DNA of 56,187 nt. It comes from Candidatus Methylomirabilia bacterium (GTDB lineage Bacteria; Methylomirabilota; Methylomirabilia; Rokubacteriales; CSP1-6). The notes beneath the pieces were generated by a model. It was not told the origin of the DNA. It did not search any database and saw nothing but the letters and a program-made list of their open reading frames with translations. Location of the stretch: assembly GCA_041497895.1 (NCBI GenBank), contig JBGQHJ010000012.1:1-56187 (forward strand). Reading direction: 5' to 3'. Position 1 is the first letter of the stretch, and every line of letters begins with the position of its first letter. The position numbers were made by a program, and so were the translations under genes. This document shows, in pieces, positions 1 through 9,513 of the stretch.

Positions 1-1
1 C

Positions 2-706
2 TGCGCGCTGGTCTTCGGCTTCTTCTGCGTGCGCCTGACCCGCATCTACTTCGCGATGCTCACGCTCGCCTTCGCCCAGATCGTGTGGGCCATCTGCTTC
101 AAGTGGAACGAGGTGACCGGCGGCGAGCAGGGCATGCCCGAGATCCCCTACCCGAGCTTCGACTGGCTCGACCGGATCGTCTCGGCGGCACCCGTCCTGG
201 GCAGCTACCGGACATCCGACTACTACTACTTCACGTGCCTGGTCCTGGTCGCCCTCTGCCTGTGGATCCTGCGCCGCATCGTGGCCTCGCCCTTCGGCCG
301 CATGCTGACCACCATCCGGGAGAACGCGGAGCGCGCCGAGTTCATCGGGGTCAACGTGCGGCGCTACGAGCTGGCCGCCTTCGTCATCGCGGGCGCCTTC
401 GCGGGGCTGGCCGGCGGCCTCTTCGGCATCTTCAACCGCGGGGTGTTCCCGGACTTCGCGTACTGGACCAAGTCCTCCGAGGTGCTGATCATGACCCTGC
501 TGGGCGGCATGGGCACCTTCTACGGGCCGGCGGTGGGCGCGGTGGCCCTCATCTGGCTCAACCAGCAGATCGTCTCCTACACCGAGTACTGGCCGCTGAT
601 CCTGGGCACCATCCTGGTGATCCTGCTCTTCGTCTTCCCGGGCGGCCTGGCCGGCGCGGTGATCGCGCTGTGGCGGCGGCTCGCGCGGAGGCCGGCCGGT
701 GCTTGA
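2..706 (+). CDS. livM: Branched-chain amino acid ABC transporter permease (LivM-like), 5'-truncated by window
   Basis: Frame open from position 2. Motifs YFAMLTLAFAQ, TGGEQG, SPFGRMLTTIRENAERAEFIG, LLGGMGTFYGP; hydrophobic; followed by two ABC ATPases. Confidence 0.9.
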   Translation, partial: CALVFGFFCVRLTRIYFAMLTLAFAQIVWAICFKWNEVTGGEQGMPEIPYPSFDWLDRIVSAAPVLGSYRTSDYYYFTCLVLVALCLWILRRIVASPFGRMLTTIRENAERAEFIGVNVRRYELAAFVIAGAFAGLAGGLFGIFNRGVFPDFAYWTKSSEVLIMTLLGGMGTFYGPAVGAVALIWLNQQIVSYTEYWPLILGTILVILLFVFPGGLAGAVIALWRRLARRPAGA

Positions 707-1436
707 AGTCCGCGGCCTGACCAAGAGCTTCGGCGGCTTCATGGCGGTGGGCGGCGTGTCGTTCACGGTGCCGCGCGGGTCGATCAGCGCGATCATCGGG
801 CCCAACGGCGCGGGCAAGACCACCCTGTTCAACCTGATCACCGGGCACATCGCGCCGGACGAGGGACGCGTGGTGTTCAAGGACCGCGACGTCACCGGGA
901 TCGCCCCCCACGACCTCTGCCGCCTCGGCATGGGCCGGTCGTTCCAGCGCACCAACATCTTCCCGCGGCTCACCGTGTACGAGAACATCCAGGCCGCCTA
1001 CGTGTCCCACCGCGGCCGCGGCTTCAATCTCTTCACCCCGGTGGAGCGGCTCTACCGCCCCGAGACCGAGAGCCTGCTGGAGGCGGTGGGACTGCTGGAG
1101 AAGGCGAGCGAGACGTCGGGCTTCCTGTCCCACGGCAACCAGAAGCAGCTCGAGCTGGGGATCACGCTCGCGCTCGAGCCCGACATCCTCCTGCTCGACG
1201 AGCCCACCGCCGGGATGTCCGCGACCGAGACCCGCGAGTCCATCCGGCTCATCGAGCGCATCGCGGCCGACCGGGGCCTCACCCTCCTGTTCACCGAGCA
1301 CGACATGGAGGTGGTGTTCTCGATCGCCCACCGGATCACCGTGCTGCACCAGGGCCGGGTGATCGCGGACGGGCCGCCCGCCGACGTGCGGCGCGATCCG
1401 GAGGTGAAGCGGGTGTACCTGGGAGAGAGCCGGTGA
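699..1436 (+). CDS. livG: Branched-chain amino acid ABC transporter ATP-binding protein (LivG-like)
   Basis: Walker A GPNGAGKTT, LSHGNQK signature, Walker B LLLDEPTAG, EHDM, C-terminal VYLG. Confidence 0.92.
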   Translation: MLEVRGLTKSFGGFMAVGGVSFTVPRGSISAIIGPNGAGKTTLFNLITGHIAPDEGRVVFKDRDVTGIAPHDLCRLGMGRSFQRTNIFPRLTVYENIQAAYVSHRGRGFNLFTPVERLYRPETESLLEAVGLLEKASETSGFLSHGNQKQLELGITLALEPDILLLDEPTAGMSATETRESIRLIERIAADRGLTLLFTEHDMEVVFSIAHRITVLHQGRVIADGPPADVRRDPEVKRVYLGESR

Positions 1437-2152
1437 GCGCGGGCGCTCCCGACGCGATCCTCACGGTGGAGGACATCTACACCGCCTACGGCCTCTCCCA
1501 GGTCCTCTTCGGCGTGTCGATCGAGGTCAAGCGTGGCGAGTGCGTGTGCCTGCTCGGGCGCAACGGGGTCGGCAAGACCACCACCATGCGCAGCATCATC
1601 GGCCTCACGCCGCCCACCCGCGGACGCGTGGTGTGGAAGGGGCGCGACGTCACCGGCCGGGCCCCGTACCAGATCGCCCGCGCCGGCATCGGGTTCATCC
1701 CGGAGGACCGGCGCATCTTCGCCGAGCTCACGGTGTGGGAGAACCTCGACGTGGCGACCCGCGGCAGCCGCGACGGCGGGTGGACCATCGAGCGCGTCTT
1801 CGATCTCTTCCCGAAGCTGCGGGAGCTGGTCGGCCGCCAGGGGGGCTTCCTCTCCGGCGGCGAGCAGCAGATGCTCACGATCGCGCGCACCCTCATGGGC
1901 AACCCGGAGCTGCTGCTGCTGGACGAGCCGTCGGAGGGCCTCGCCCCCCTCGTGGTCCTCCACCTGAAGGAGCAGATCGCGCGCCTCAAGCAGGACGGGC
2001 TGACCATCCTCCTCGCGGAGCAGAACGTCGACTTCTCGCTCGATCTGGCCGACCGCGTCTACGTGCTCGAGAAGGGCCACATCCGCTATCACGGCACCGC
2101 GCGCGAGTTTCGCGCCGACGACGCGATCCGCCACCAGTACCTGGCGCTCTAG
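1433..2152 (+). CDS. livF: Branched-chain amino acid ABC transporter ATP-binding protein (LivF-like)
   Basis: GRNGVGKTT, LSGGEQQM, LLLDEPSEGLAP, EQN; GTGA overlap with livG. Confidence 0.92.
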   Translation: MSAGAPDAILTVEDIYTAYGLSQVLFGVSIEVKRGECVCLLGRNGVGKTTTMRSIIGLTPPTRGRVVWKGRDVTGRAPYQIARAGIGFIPEDRRIFAELTVWENLDVATRGSRDGGWTIERVFDLFPKLRELVGRQGGFLSGGEQQMLTIARTLMGNPELLLLDEPSEGLAPLVVLHLKEQIARLKQDGLTILLAEQNVDFSLDLADRVYVLEKGHIRYHGTAREFRADDAIRHQYLAL

Positions 2153-2234
2153 CCGCCGGGACTACGCCTTCTTCAAGGCGATCCTGCCCGGCTTCGACGC
2201 CCAGCTCCGCCGCTCGCATCGCTGACGCCCTTTC

Positions 2235-2243
2235 TGATACTCT
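2235..2243 (+). promoter_or_regulatory. Extended -10 (TG-n-TACTCT) 7 nt before ATG 2251; putative leaderless promoter
   Basis: TGaTACTCT-cgggggc-ATG, no Shine-Dalgarno. Confidence 0.55.
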
Positions 2244-2250
2244 CGGGGGC

Positions 2251-2541
2251 ATGGCGACGTTCAAGGTCATCTGTCCCTGCTGCGACGGGCGCCTCACCAT
2301 CGACCCGGCGCTCGAGGCGGTCATCGCCCACGAGCCGGCGCCCAAGGCCAAGTCCGGCCTCGGGCTGGACGACGCGCTGCACTCGCTCAAGGGCGCGGCG
2401 GCGCGGCGCGCGGAGCGCTTCAAGGAAGAGCTGAAGGCCCAGGAGAAGAAGCCCCAGGTGCTGGACAAGATGTTCCAGGAGGGGATGAAGAAGGCCAAGG
2501 ACATGCCGGGCCGTCCCCTCAATCCGCTGGATCTCGACTAG
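2251..2541 (+). CDS. Small hypothetical protein with N-terminal CPCC motif and charged helical C-terminus (96 aa)
   Basis: MATFKVICPCCDGRLTID...RPLNPLDLD; host-like codon usage; fills the gap before squalene synthase. Confidence 0.8.
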   Translation: MATFKVICPCCDGRLTIDPALEAVIAHEPAPKAKSGLGLDDALHSLKGAAARRAERFKEELKAQEKKPQVLDKMFQEGMKKAKDMPGRPLNPLDLD

Positions 2542-2546
2542 GGGCC

Positions 2547-3572
2547 GTGGCCGGCGCGGATCTCACCACCGCGCTCCTCAGGCGGGTCAGCCGGTCGTTC
2601 TATCTCTCGCTCGCGGTCCTGCCGCCGGCGGTCCGGCCCACCATCGGCCTGGCCTATCTCCTCGCGCGGGCGTCCGACACCATCGCGGACACCCGGCTGA
2701 TCGACCGGACCTCGCGGATCGCGCATCTCGAGACCGTGCGCGCGGCACTCCGCGAGGGCGACGCGGGCCACGTCTCCGGGGTGGTGCGGGCGACCTCGGC
2801 CCCGCAGGCCCTCCCGGCCGAGCGCGCCCTGCTCGAGCGCCTGCCCGAGTGCCTGGCCGCGCTGCGAACCCTGCCCGCGGCGGATCGCGCGCGAGTTCGC
2901 GCGGTGCTCGAGACCATCATCGAGGGCCAGATCCAGGACCTGCGCGTCTTCCCCGGCGAGGACGAGGGCAAGCTCGCCGCGCTCGAGACGCGCGAGGACC
3001 TCGACCGCTACACCTACCTGGTGGCCGGCTGCGTGGGCGAGTTCTGGACCGAGGTGCACGTGGCCCACCGCCCGCGCCTGCGTCACTGGGACCTCCCGCG
3101 CATGCGCGCGCTCGGCATCCGCCTCGGCAAGGGGCTCCAGCTCACCAACGTGCTGCGCGACCTGCCGCGCGACCTGCGCCAGGGGCGCTGCTACCTCCCC
3201 CGGCAGGACCTGGCGCGCCGCGGGCTCGAGCCCCGCGACCTGCTCGATCCAGGCCGCGCGCCCGCGGCGCGCCCCCTGCTGATGGAGTGGCTGCACACCG
3301 CGCTCGATCACTACGAGGCCGGCTGGCAGTACACCTTCGCGATCCCCCGGCGCGAGGCGCGCATGCGCCTGGCCTGCGCCTGGCCCCTCCTGATCGGCCT
3401 GCGCACCCTCGACCTGCTCGCCGCCTCGCCCAACTGGCTCGATCCCGCGATCACCCTCAAGGTGCCCCGCGTGCGCGTGTACGGGCTCATGGCCCACTCG
3501 CTCGGCACGGTGTGGTCCACGCGCGCCCTCGGCCGCCAGGCCCGGCGCCTGCGCGAGCGCATCCGGCCGTGA
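2547..3572 (+). CDS. Squalene/phytoene synthase family protein (farnesyl-diphosphate farnesyltransferase-like)
   Basis: VSRSFYLS, Asp-rich motifs DTIAD and NVLRD, YTYLVAGCVGEFWT, GRCYLP. Confidence 0.88.
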   Translation: MAGADLTTALLRRVSRSFYLSLAVLPPAVRPTIGLAYLLARASDTIADTRLIDRTSRIAHLETVRAALREGDAGHVSGVVRATSAPQALPAERALLERLPECLAALRTLPAADRARVRAVLETIIEGQIQDLRVFPGEDEGKLAALETREDLDRYTYLVAGCVGEFWTEVHVAHRPRLRHWDLPRMRALGIRLGKGLQLTNVLRDLPRDLRQGRCYLPRQDLARRGLEPRDLLDPGRAPAARPLLMEWLHTALDHYEAGWQYTFAIPRREARMRLACAWPLLIGLRTLDLLAASPNWLDPAITLKVPRVRVYGLMAHSLGTVWSTRALGRQARRLRERIRP

Positions 3573-4468
3573 CCGCGCCCTTCCCGATCATCCAGGCGGA
3601 TATCTTCACCACGCGACCCTTCGCGGGGAACCCGGCCGCGGCGGTGCTCGACGCCGACGGGCTCGACGAGGCCGCGATGTGGCGGATCGCGGGCGAGCTG
3701 CGCGCCCCCGGGACCGCGTTCGTGTCCGCCTCCACCCGCCCGGACGCGGACTGGCGGCTGCGCATGTTCACGCCGCGGCGCGAGGTCGGCTTCTCCGGCC
3801 ACACCGCCCTCGGGGGGACCCACGCGCTGATCGAGGCGGGTCGCCTGCCCGGCGCGCGCGTGGTCTTCGACACCGCCGCCGGTCTCCTCCGGGTAGACGT
3901 GGAGCGCGACGCCGACGGCTGCCTCATGTGGCTCGAGCCGCCGCTGCCCGCGTACCGCGCGCCGGGCCACGACGTGCTCGAGGTGCTCGACGCGCTCGGC
4001 CTCGCGCGGGCCGGCGTCGCGGGCTGGGCTCGGCCGGTGGTGACGCCGGACGACGACCTGCTCCTGCCGGTGGTGGACCTGGCCACGCTGCGGGCGCTCG
4101 AGCCGGACATGGGCCGGCTCGCCGCGGTGCGCACCACCCAGCGCGCCCGCGGGGTGCTCTGCGTCTCGCGCGAGACGGTGGAGCCCGGCTCGCTGAGCCA
4201 CAGCCGCTTCTTCGCGCCCCACTTCGGGCTGCCCGAGGACATCGTCACCGGGTCGGCGCACTCCACGCTCGTGGTCTGGCTGTTCGGCGCGGGCCTCGCG
4301 ACCGCGGAGGGCGGGCGCGCCGTCTTCACCGCCGAGCAGGGCGACGGGCTCGGCCGACCCGGCCGCCTGCGGCTCGAGCTCACGGTGCACGACGGGCGGC
4401 CGAGCCGGGTGCGGGTCGGCGGGCGCGCGGTGACCGTGCTGAGCGCGAGCCTGCATCCGGGCGCCTAG
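3569..4468 (+). CDS. PhzF family (phenazine biosynthesis-like) isomerase/epimerase
   Basis: DIFTTRPFAGNPAA, RMFTPRREVGFSGH, EDIVTGSA, EQGDGLGRPG; GTG start overlaps the upstream TGA. Confidence 0.88.
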   Translation: MTAPFPIIQADIFTTRPFAGNPAAAVLDADGLDEAAMWRIAGELRAPGTAFVSASTRPDADWRLRMFTPRREVGFSGHTALGGTHALIEAGRLPGARVVFDTAAGLLRVDVERDADGCLMWLEPPLPAYRAPGHDVLEVLDALGLARAGVAGWARPVVTPDDDLLLPVVDLATLRALEPDMGRLAAVRTTQRARGVLCVSRETVEPGSLSHSRFFAPHFGLPEDIVTGSAHSTLVVWLFGAGLATAEGGRAVFTAEQGDGLGRPGRLRLELTVHDGRPSRVRVGGRAVTVLSASLHPGA

Positions 4469-4479
4469 CGCGCCCGCGA

Positions 4480-5364
4480 TCAGTCGCGGACGGGGAGCGC
4501 GAAGAGCTCGGGCGGGTTGACGCGGGCCCGGCCGATCTGGGCCGCGAAGTGCAGGTGGGGCCCGGTGGAGCGCCCGGTGGTGCCGACGGTGCCGACGGTC
4601 TGGCCGCGCTCCACCATCTGGCCCTCGGTGACCGACACGCCGTCCAGGTGGAAGTAGAGCGTGTAGAACCCGAGCCCGTGGTCGAGCACCACGAGCCGCC
4701 CCGCGAAGAAGAACTCCCCGAGCAGCGCCACCCGGCCGCGGTTCGACGCGACCACCGGAGTCCCGCGATCGGCCGAGAAGTCGGTACCGGAGTGCGGCAT
4801 GCGCGGCTGTCCGTTGATGATGCGCCGGGAGCCGAAGCCCTCGCCGGGCTTGCGGCCCGCGACCGGCCGCGTGAACGGGCCGCGCCAGAGTCGCTCGGGA
4901 GTGACCGTGTCGTAGAGCGCGCGCAGGCGGACCGCCTCGTTGGCGGCGCGCCGCTCGGACTCCGGGTCGAGGTCCACCATCTTCTCGGGCAGCGTGAGCC
5001 GCTGGACCGGGAAGCCTCCCGACTTGATGGTCAGGGTCCCCGCCGCTTTCCGGGGCGTGCCCGCGCCATCCACCAGGCCGATGCGCCACGGCACTCTTCC
5101 GGGCTTGGCCTCGAGGTCCACGCCGGCCAGGGCGGCGTACTCCGCGCCGTAGGCGAAGAAGGCCAGATGCTGGCCGCCCAGGCTGCCCTCCACGTCGCGC
5201 GCGCCACGGGTTCCGGCCACGAAGACCAGGACCGTATCGCCCTGCCGGGCGGTCGGCGGGACGACGCGGACGTGGAGACCGGGTGCCGCCGGGGCCGCGG
5301 CGATGGCCGGCGCCGCCGGCAGGACGCCGGCGAGCGCGATGAGCAGGAGGGCTCGGCGACGCAT
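4480..5364 (-). CDS. M23 family metallopeptidase, exported
   Basis: Signal peptide MRRRALLLIALAG; HSGTD, YFHL and GRSTGPHLHF motifs. Start supported by TAAGAT 7 nt upstream. Confidence 0.9.
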   Translation of the reverse strand: MRRRALLLIALAGVLPAAPAIAAAPAAPGLHVRVVPPTARQGDTVLVFVAGTRGARDVEGSLGGQHLAFFAYGAEYAALAGVDLEAKPGRVPWRIGLVDGAGTPRKAAGTLTIKSGGFPVQRLTLPEKMVDLDPESERRAANEAVRLRALYDTVTPERLWRGPFTRPVAGRKPGEGFGSRRIINGQPRMPHSGTDFSADRGTPVVASNRGRVALLGEFFFAGRLVVLDHGLGFYTLYFHLDGVSVTEGQMVERGQTVGTVGTTGRSTGPHLHFAAQIGRARVNPPELFALPVRD

Positions 5365-5401
5365 CGAGAAGATCTTACGCTTGCGGCCCTGGAAACCTCG
5401 C

Positions 5402-5423
5402 ACTCCCGCCGACGGGCGGGAGT
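5402..5423 (-). terminator. GC hairpin just downstream of the PAC2-family gene
   Basis: actcccgcc-gacg-ggcgggagt, 9-bp perfect stem; no clear U-tract. Confidence 0.45.
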
Positions 5424-5427
5424 CGCC

Positions 5428-6363
5428 TCAGGGGTTCTGGGGACGCTGCTGACGGAGGAACTGCTCGATCTCGGCGACCAGATCGGCGGAAGGTGGCAGC
5501 TCGTCCTTGGCGGGACCGGCCTCCGCCGCCTCAGGGCTCTCCCCCTCCTCGACCGCCTCCACCGGCTCGTCCTCCTCGTCGGGGCTCTTGCGCTCGAGCT
5601 TGCGCACGTACTCCGAGATCTTCGCGTTCTGCGCCACGATCGAGGTCAGGTTCTGATCGAACTGCTCGGCCGCCTCGCGCAGGTCGGTGAGGTCCGCCTC
5701 GGTGTTCAGCAGGCTCAGCACCCGCCGGACGAGGGCCAGGGCGGCACGCGGGTTCTCGATGCCGGAGACGTAGTGCGGCACGTTCGCCCACAGGCTGGCC
5801 GTCGGCACGCTCGCCTCGCGACAGAGGATGTTGAGCACCCCCACGATGCCGGTGGGCCCTTCGTAGCGCGACGGCCGGAGCCCCAGTCGCGCGGACAGCT
5901 CCGGATCGTACGAGCTCCCGGAGAGCTTGACCGGCCGGGTGTGGGCCACCTCGGCGAGCAGCGCGCCCAGCGTGAGGACGAGCGAGGCCCGGGAGCGCCG
6001 GGCCAGGTCGAGGACCGCCGCGCAGTAGGTCCGCCATTTCAGATGCGGCTCGATCGCGACCCCGACCACGATGTCCCGCTCGAGCTCGGTCGGCTGGGCG
6101 AGCGAGAACTCGGTGGCGGGCCAGATGACCTCGCGCTCGGTGCGCGAGCCGGGCTTGAAGCGGACGTAGGGCCGGGAGAGACCGAAGTGGTAAAAGTCTT
6201 CCGGGTCGATGCTGGCCAGAGGCCGGGACGACCAGAGCTGGCTCAGGTACCGCGCGGCGGTGGTGGCCGACTCGGCCGCATCGTTCCAGCCCGAGAACGC
6301 CAGGATGATGACGGGCCGGCGCAGCTGCCCCGGCTCCTCGTAGAGCGTCAGATACTGGCTCAT
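5428..6363 (-). CDS. PAC2 (proteasome assembly chaperone) family protein
   Basis: AFSGWNDAA, IDPEDFY, EPHLKWRTY, LGALLAEVAHTRP, YEGPTGIVG, WANVPHY, acidic tail ending EIEQFLR; RBS AGGAGG upstream. Confidence 0.85.
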   Translation of the reverse strand: MSQYLTLYEEPGQLRRPVIILAFSGWNDAAESATTAARYLSQLWSSRPLASIDPEDFYHFGLSRPYVRFKPGSRTEREVIWPATEFSLAQPTELERDIVVGVAIEPHLKWRTYCAAVLDLARRSRASLVLTLGALLAEVAHTRPVKLSGSSYDPELSARLGLRPSRYEGPTGIVGVLNILCREASVPTASLWANVPHYVSGIENPRAALALVRRVLSLLNTEADLTDLREAAEQFDQNLTSIVAQNAKISEYVRKLERKSPDEEDEPVEAVEEGESPEAAEAGPAKDELPPSADLVAEIEQFLRQQRPQNP

Positions 6364-6422
6364 CGGCGGCGCCGCCTCCTGGTGGGAGCATGCCTGACGG
6401 GCCCCACGGTGGCAAATGAAAG

Positions 6423-6451
6423 TTGACCTCCCCCGGAGCGCTCCGTATCAT
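6423..6451 (+). promoter_or_regulatory. Sigma70-type promoter TTGACC-N17-TATCAT
   Basis: Near-consensus -35/-10 with 17-nt spacer, upstream of AGGAGG (6491) and ATG 6506. Confidence 0.65.
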
Positions 6452-6505
6452 TACGGATCGTACTACTGGCGGAGGATTGCAGTGCCCCCAAGGAGGCAAG
6501 TTCCC

Positions 6506-6766
6506 ATGCGCGCATGGCTATCGCTGGCTTCGTTTCTCGGAGGCATCGTGCTGCTGACCTCGGCGTGCGCCACGTCGGAGGAGTGGTCGGAGTGGCGGGG
6601 CCACACCACCCATTTCGCGTCGGGCACGCACGGGGTGTTCTCGCTTCGGAACAACAAGGACGGCTCGAACCCGCGGGTGGCGCGCACCGACGTGGACGCG
6701 GCTCGCTCGGAGAACTGGTGGGGCAAGGCCATCACGGTGAGCCCGGAGCAGATCTTCCAGAACTAG
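6506..6766 (+). CDS. Small putative lipoprotein (86 aa), function unknown
   Basis: AGGAGG RBS; hydrophobic N-terminus ending in lipobox-like LTSA-C. Confidence 0.75.
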   Translation: MRAWLSLASFLGGIVLLTSACATSEEWSEWRGHTTHFASGTHGVFSLRNNKDGSNPRVARTDVDAARSENWWGKAITVSPEQIFQN

Positions 6767-6774
6767 GATCGGCC

Positions 6775-7485
6775 ATGTCCCGGTACGACCGCACCGTGCG
6801 GCGCGGCCTCACCGCCGTCCTGCTGCTCCTCGGGGTTTGCTTCGCGGCTCAGGCCTCCGCGGCCCCGGCCGACGCGCTGATGCCGGTCGAGAAGTACACG
6901 ACGGCCAAGGCCAAGAACCTCGCCAACGCCCACCGTCTGCGCCTGATCGAGTTCTCGGAGCAGATCTACAACTGCATGCCCTGGCTCGCCGTGTACCCGG
7001 GCCGTCTCGGCTTCCCCCGCTACAAGGACAGCCCGGGCGACGATCGCTATCTCTCGACGTGGATCTGGGTCGATCAGCGCGAGGACCCCGTCTTCGCCGC
7101 CCTGCCCCAGGAGCGACGCGTCTCCGCGATGTTCTCCCGCTACGGCGTCGACATGCTGCGGCGCATGGCCGCGCTCTCGGACGTGGTCGACGACGGCGAC
7201 GTGGCCGGGCTCTCGGTGGTCCTGTCGTGGCTCAAGCCGGGCACGAGCCGCCCCGGCCAGCAGGCGGTCAACGAGACGTTCGCCCTGTTCATCGACAAGG
7301 CCACCGCGGCCGACTTCCTGGCCAAGCGCGTGGGGCCCGAGGAGTTCATCAGCCGGGCCAAGTTCAATCTGTTCGACGGCGAGAGCCTGGTGGGGCGGGT
7401 ACCTCTCCAGGTCTGGGAAGATTCCTTCAACTCGAGCTACAAGATCGCCAACTACGAGCCCCCCAAGGGGGCCCAGTGCCAGTAG
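6775..7485 (+). CDS. Exported hypothetical protein (236 aa)
   Basis: Signal peptide (RRGLTAVLLLLGVCFAAQASA); strong GC3 codon bias; no family recognised. Confidence 0.8.
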   Translation: MSRYDRTVRRGLTAVLLLLGVCFAAQASAAPADALMPVEKYTTAKAKNLANAHRLRLIEFSEQIYNCMPWLAVYPGRLGFPRYKDSPGDDRYLSTWIWVDQREDPVFAALPQERRVSAMFSRYGVDMLRRMAALSDVVDDGDVAGLSVVLSWLKPGTSRPGQQAVNETFALFIDKATAADFLAKRVGPEEFISRAKFNLFDGESLVGRVPLQVWEDSFNSSYKIANYEPPKGAQCQ

Positions 7486-7567
7486 CCGGGTCGGCCTGAG
7501 CCCGGCCCGCCCATCCGTCCCGACAAGCCCCGCTGGCGCCGTTGGTTTGCCTTCGCCGGCCGGCAGT

Positions 7568-7596
7568 TTGACACCCCCCGGGGGTTCCGCTAGCAT
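7568..7596 (+). promoter_or_regulatory. Sigma70 promoter TTGACA-N17-TAGCAT for ftsH-degP
   Basis: Perfect TTGACA at 7568, 17-nt spacer, TAGCAT at 7591, 18 nt before the ftsH ATG. Confidence 0.75.
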
Positions 7597-7614
7597 CGAA
7601 TTCGAGCCCCCACG

Positions 7615-9513
7615 ATGAAATTGCCCAATCGCCAGAAGACCCAGTTTTCCCTCGTCTATCTCTTCATCGCCCTCATGGTGGTGTTCGGCGTCCAGAGCTG
7701 GCTCCGCGCCCCCCGGACGGTCGACATCCCGATGAGCCAGTTCCTGACCCTGGTGCACGAGGGCAAGGTGCTGCGGGTCTCGCTGGGGGAGCGCGAGATC
7801 CAGGGGGTCCTCAAGCCCGGCGCCCTGCCCACCCCCCCCGCGGGCCCGGGCGACAAGCTGCGCCAGCTGCTGGGCGCCGAGCAGGGCCCGACCGTGTTCA
7901 CGACCGCCCGCATCCCGGCCACCGACGACTACGACATCGTCCGGGAGCTACAGGCCTCCAAGGTGGAGTTCTCGGGCCGCATCGAGTCCACCTTCTGGCG
8001 CGACCTGATCTCCTGGCTCGTGCCGCTGATCCTGATGGCCGGCCTCTGGCTCTTCCTGATGCGCCGGATGGGCGGCGGACCCACCCAGGCCCTGTCCTTC
8101 GGCCGCTCCAAGGCCAAGATCTACGACCGCAAGGAGCTCAAGACCACCTTCGCGGACGTGGCCGGCGTGGAGGAGGCCAAGGCCGAGCTGATGGAAGTGG
8201 TCGACTTCCTGAAGAACCCCAAGAAGTACCAGCGCCTCGGCGGGCGCATCCCCAAGGGCGTGCTGCTGGTGGGGCCGCCGGGCACCGGCAAGACCCTCCT
8301 GGCCCGGGCGGTGGCCGGCGAGGCCGACGTGCCGTTCTTCTTCCTCTCCGGCTCCGAGTTCGTGGAGATGTTCGTCGGGGTGGGCGCCTCCCGGGTGCGC
8401 GATCTCTTCGAGCAGGCCAAGGAGAAGGCGCCCTGCATCGTGTTCATCGACGAGCTGGACGCCATCGGCAAGACCCGCGCCGGCAACACCGGCTTCCTGT
8501 CGGGCCACGACGAGCGGGAGCAGACGCTCAACCAGCTCCTCGCCGAGATGGACGGCTTCGACTCGTCCAAGGGCGTGATCATCATGGCCGCGACCAACCG
8601 GCCCGAGGTGCTGGACGCGGCCCTGCTGCGCGCCGGCCGCTTCGACCGCCAGGTGGTGGTGGACAAGCCGGACGTGAAGGGCCGCGAGGCGATCCTGCTC
8701 GTGCACGCGCGCAACGTGAAGCTCGCCCCGAGCGTGGATCTCCGCGTGCTCGCCGCGCGCACTCCCGGCATGGCCGGCGCGGACCTGGCCAACATCATCA
8801 ACGAGGCCGCGCTCCTCGCCGCGCGCAAGGGCAAGGACGCGGTCGACATGGCCGACCTCGAGGAGGCGGTGGACCGGGTGATCGGCGGCCTCGAGCGCAA
8901 GAGCCGAGTGCTGTCCGAGAAAGAGCGCGACATCGTCGCGCATCACGAAATTGGCCACGCATTGGTCGCCTCCTCTTTGCCCAACGCGGATCCGGTGCAC
9001 AAGGTCACCATCATCCCGCGCGGGGTGGCCGCCCTGGGCGCCACCTACCAGCTCCCGCTGGAGGACCGCTATCTCCTCACCCGCAGCGAGCTCGAGGACC
9101 GGATCGCGGTCCTGCTCGGCGGCCGGGTCGCAGAGGAGATCATCTACGGCGAGGTCTCGACCGGCGCCCACAACGACCTCGAGCGGGGCACCGAGATGGC
9201 CCGGCTGATGGTCATGCAGTACGGCATGTCCGAACAGCTCGGGCCCATGACCTTCGGCGGGGGCCAGCAGTCGATGTTCCTCCGCGGCTCGGGCCTGCCG
9301 CAGGAGCGTGAATACAGCGAGGAAAGCGCGCGTCGGATCGATGCCGAGACGCGCGCCATCATCGATCGCATCTACGACCGTGTCCGCGACCTCCTGAGCA
9401 CCCGCAAGCGGGTGCTGGTGGAGGCCGCCGCCGAGCTGAAACAGAAGGAGACGCTGGAGGGCGACCGGCTCCGGGAGCTACTGGCCGGGGAGCCCGTGGG
9501 GGCACAGGGATGA
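7615..9513 (+). CDS. ftsH: ATP-dependent zinc metalloprotease FtsH
   Basis: Two N-terminal TM segments, [36 protein letters not shown] zinc motif. Confidence 0.97.
   Translation: MKLPNRQKTQFSLVYLFIALMVVFGVQSWLRAPRTVDIPMSQFLTLVHEGKVLRVSLGEREIQGVLKPGALPTPPAGPGDKLRQLLGAEQGPTVFTTARIPATDDYDIVRELQASKVEFSGRIESTFWRDLISWLVPLILMAGLWLFLMRRMGGGPTQALSFGRSKAKIYDRKELKTTFADVAGVEEAKAELMEVVDFLKNPKKYQRLGGRIPKGVLLVGPPGTGKTLLARAVAGEADVPFFFLSGSEFVEMFVGVGASRVRDLFEQAKEKAPCIVFIDELDAIGKTRAGNTGFLSGHDEREQTLNQLLAEMDGFDSSKGVIIMAATNRPEVLDAALLRAGRFDRQVVVDKPDVKGREAILLVHARNVKLAPSVDLRVLAARTPGMAGADLANIINEAALLAARKGKDAVDMADLEEAVDRVIGGLERKSRVLSEKERDIVAHHEIGHALVASSLPNADPVHKVTIIPRGVAALGATYQLPLEDRYLLTRSELEDRIAVLLGGRVAEEIIYGEVSTGAHNDLERGTEMARLMVMQYGMSEQLGPMTFGGGQQSMFLRGSGLPQEREYSEESARRIDAETRAIIDRIYDRVRDLLSTRKRVLVEAAAELKQKETLEGDRLRELLAGEPVGAQG

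Noticed and set aside
3569..4468. Phenazine biosynthesis cluster
   Set aside because: Lone PhzF-family gene with no phzA/B/D/E/G.
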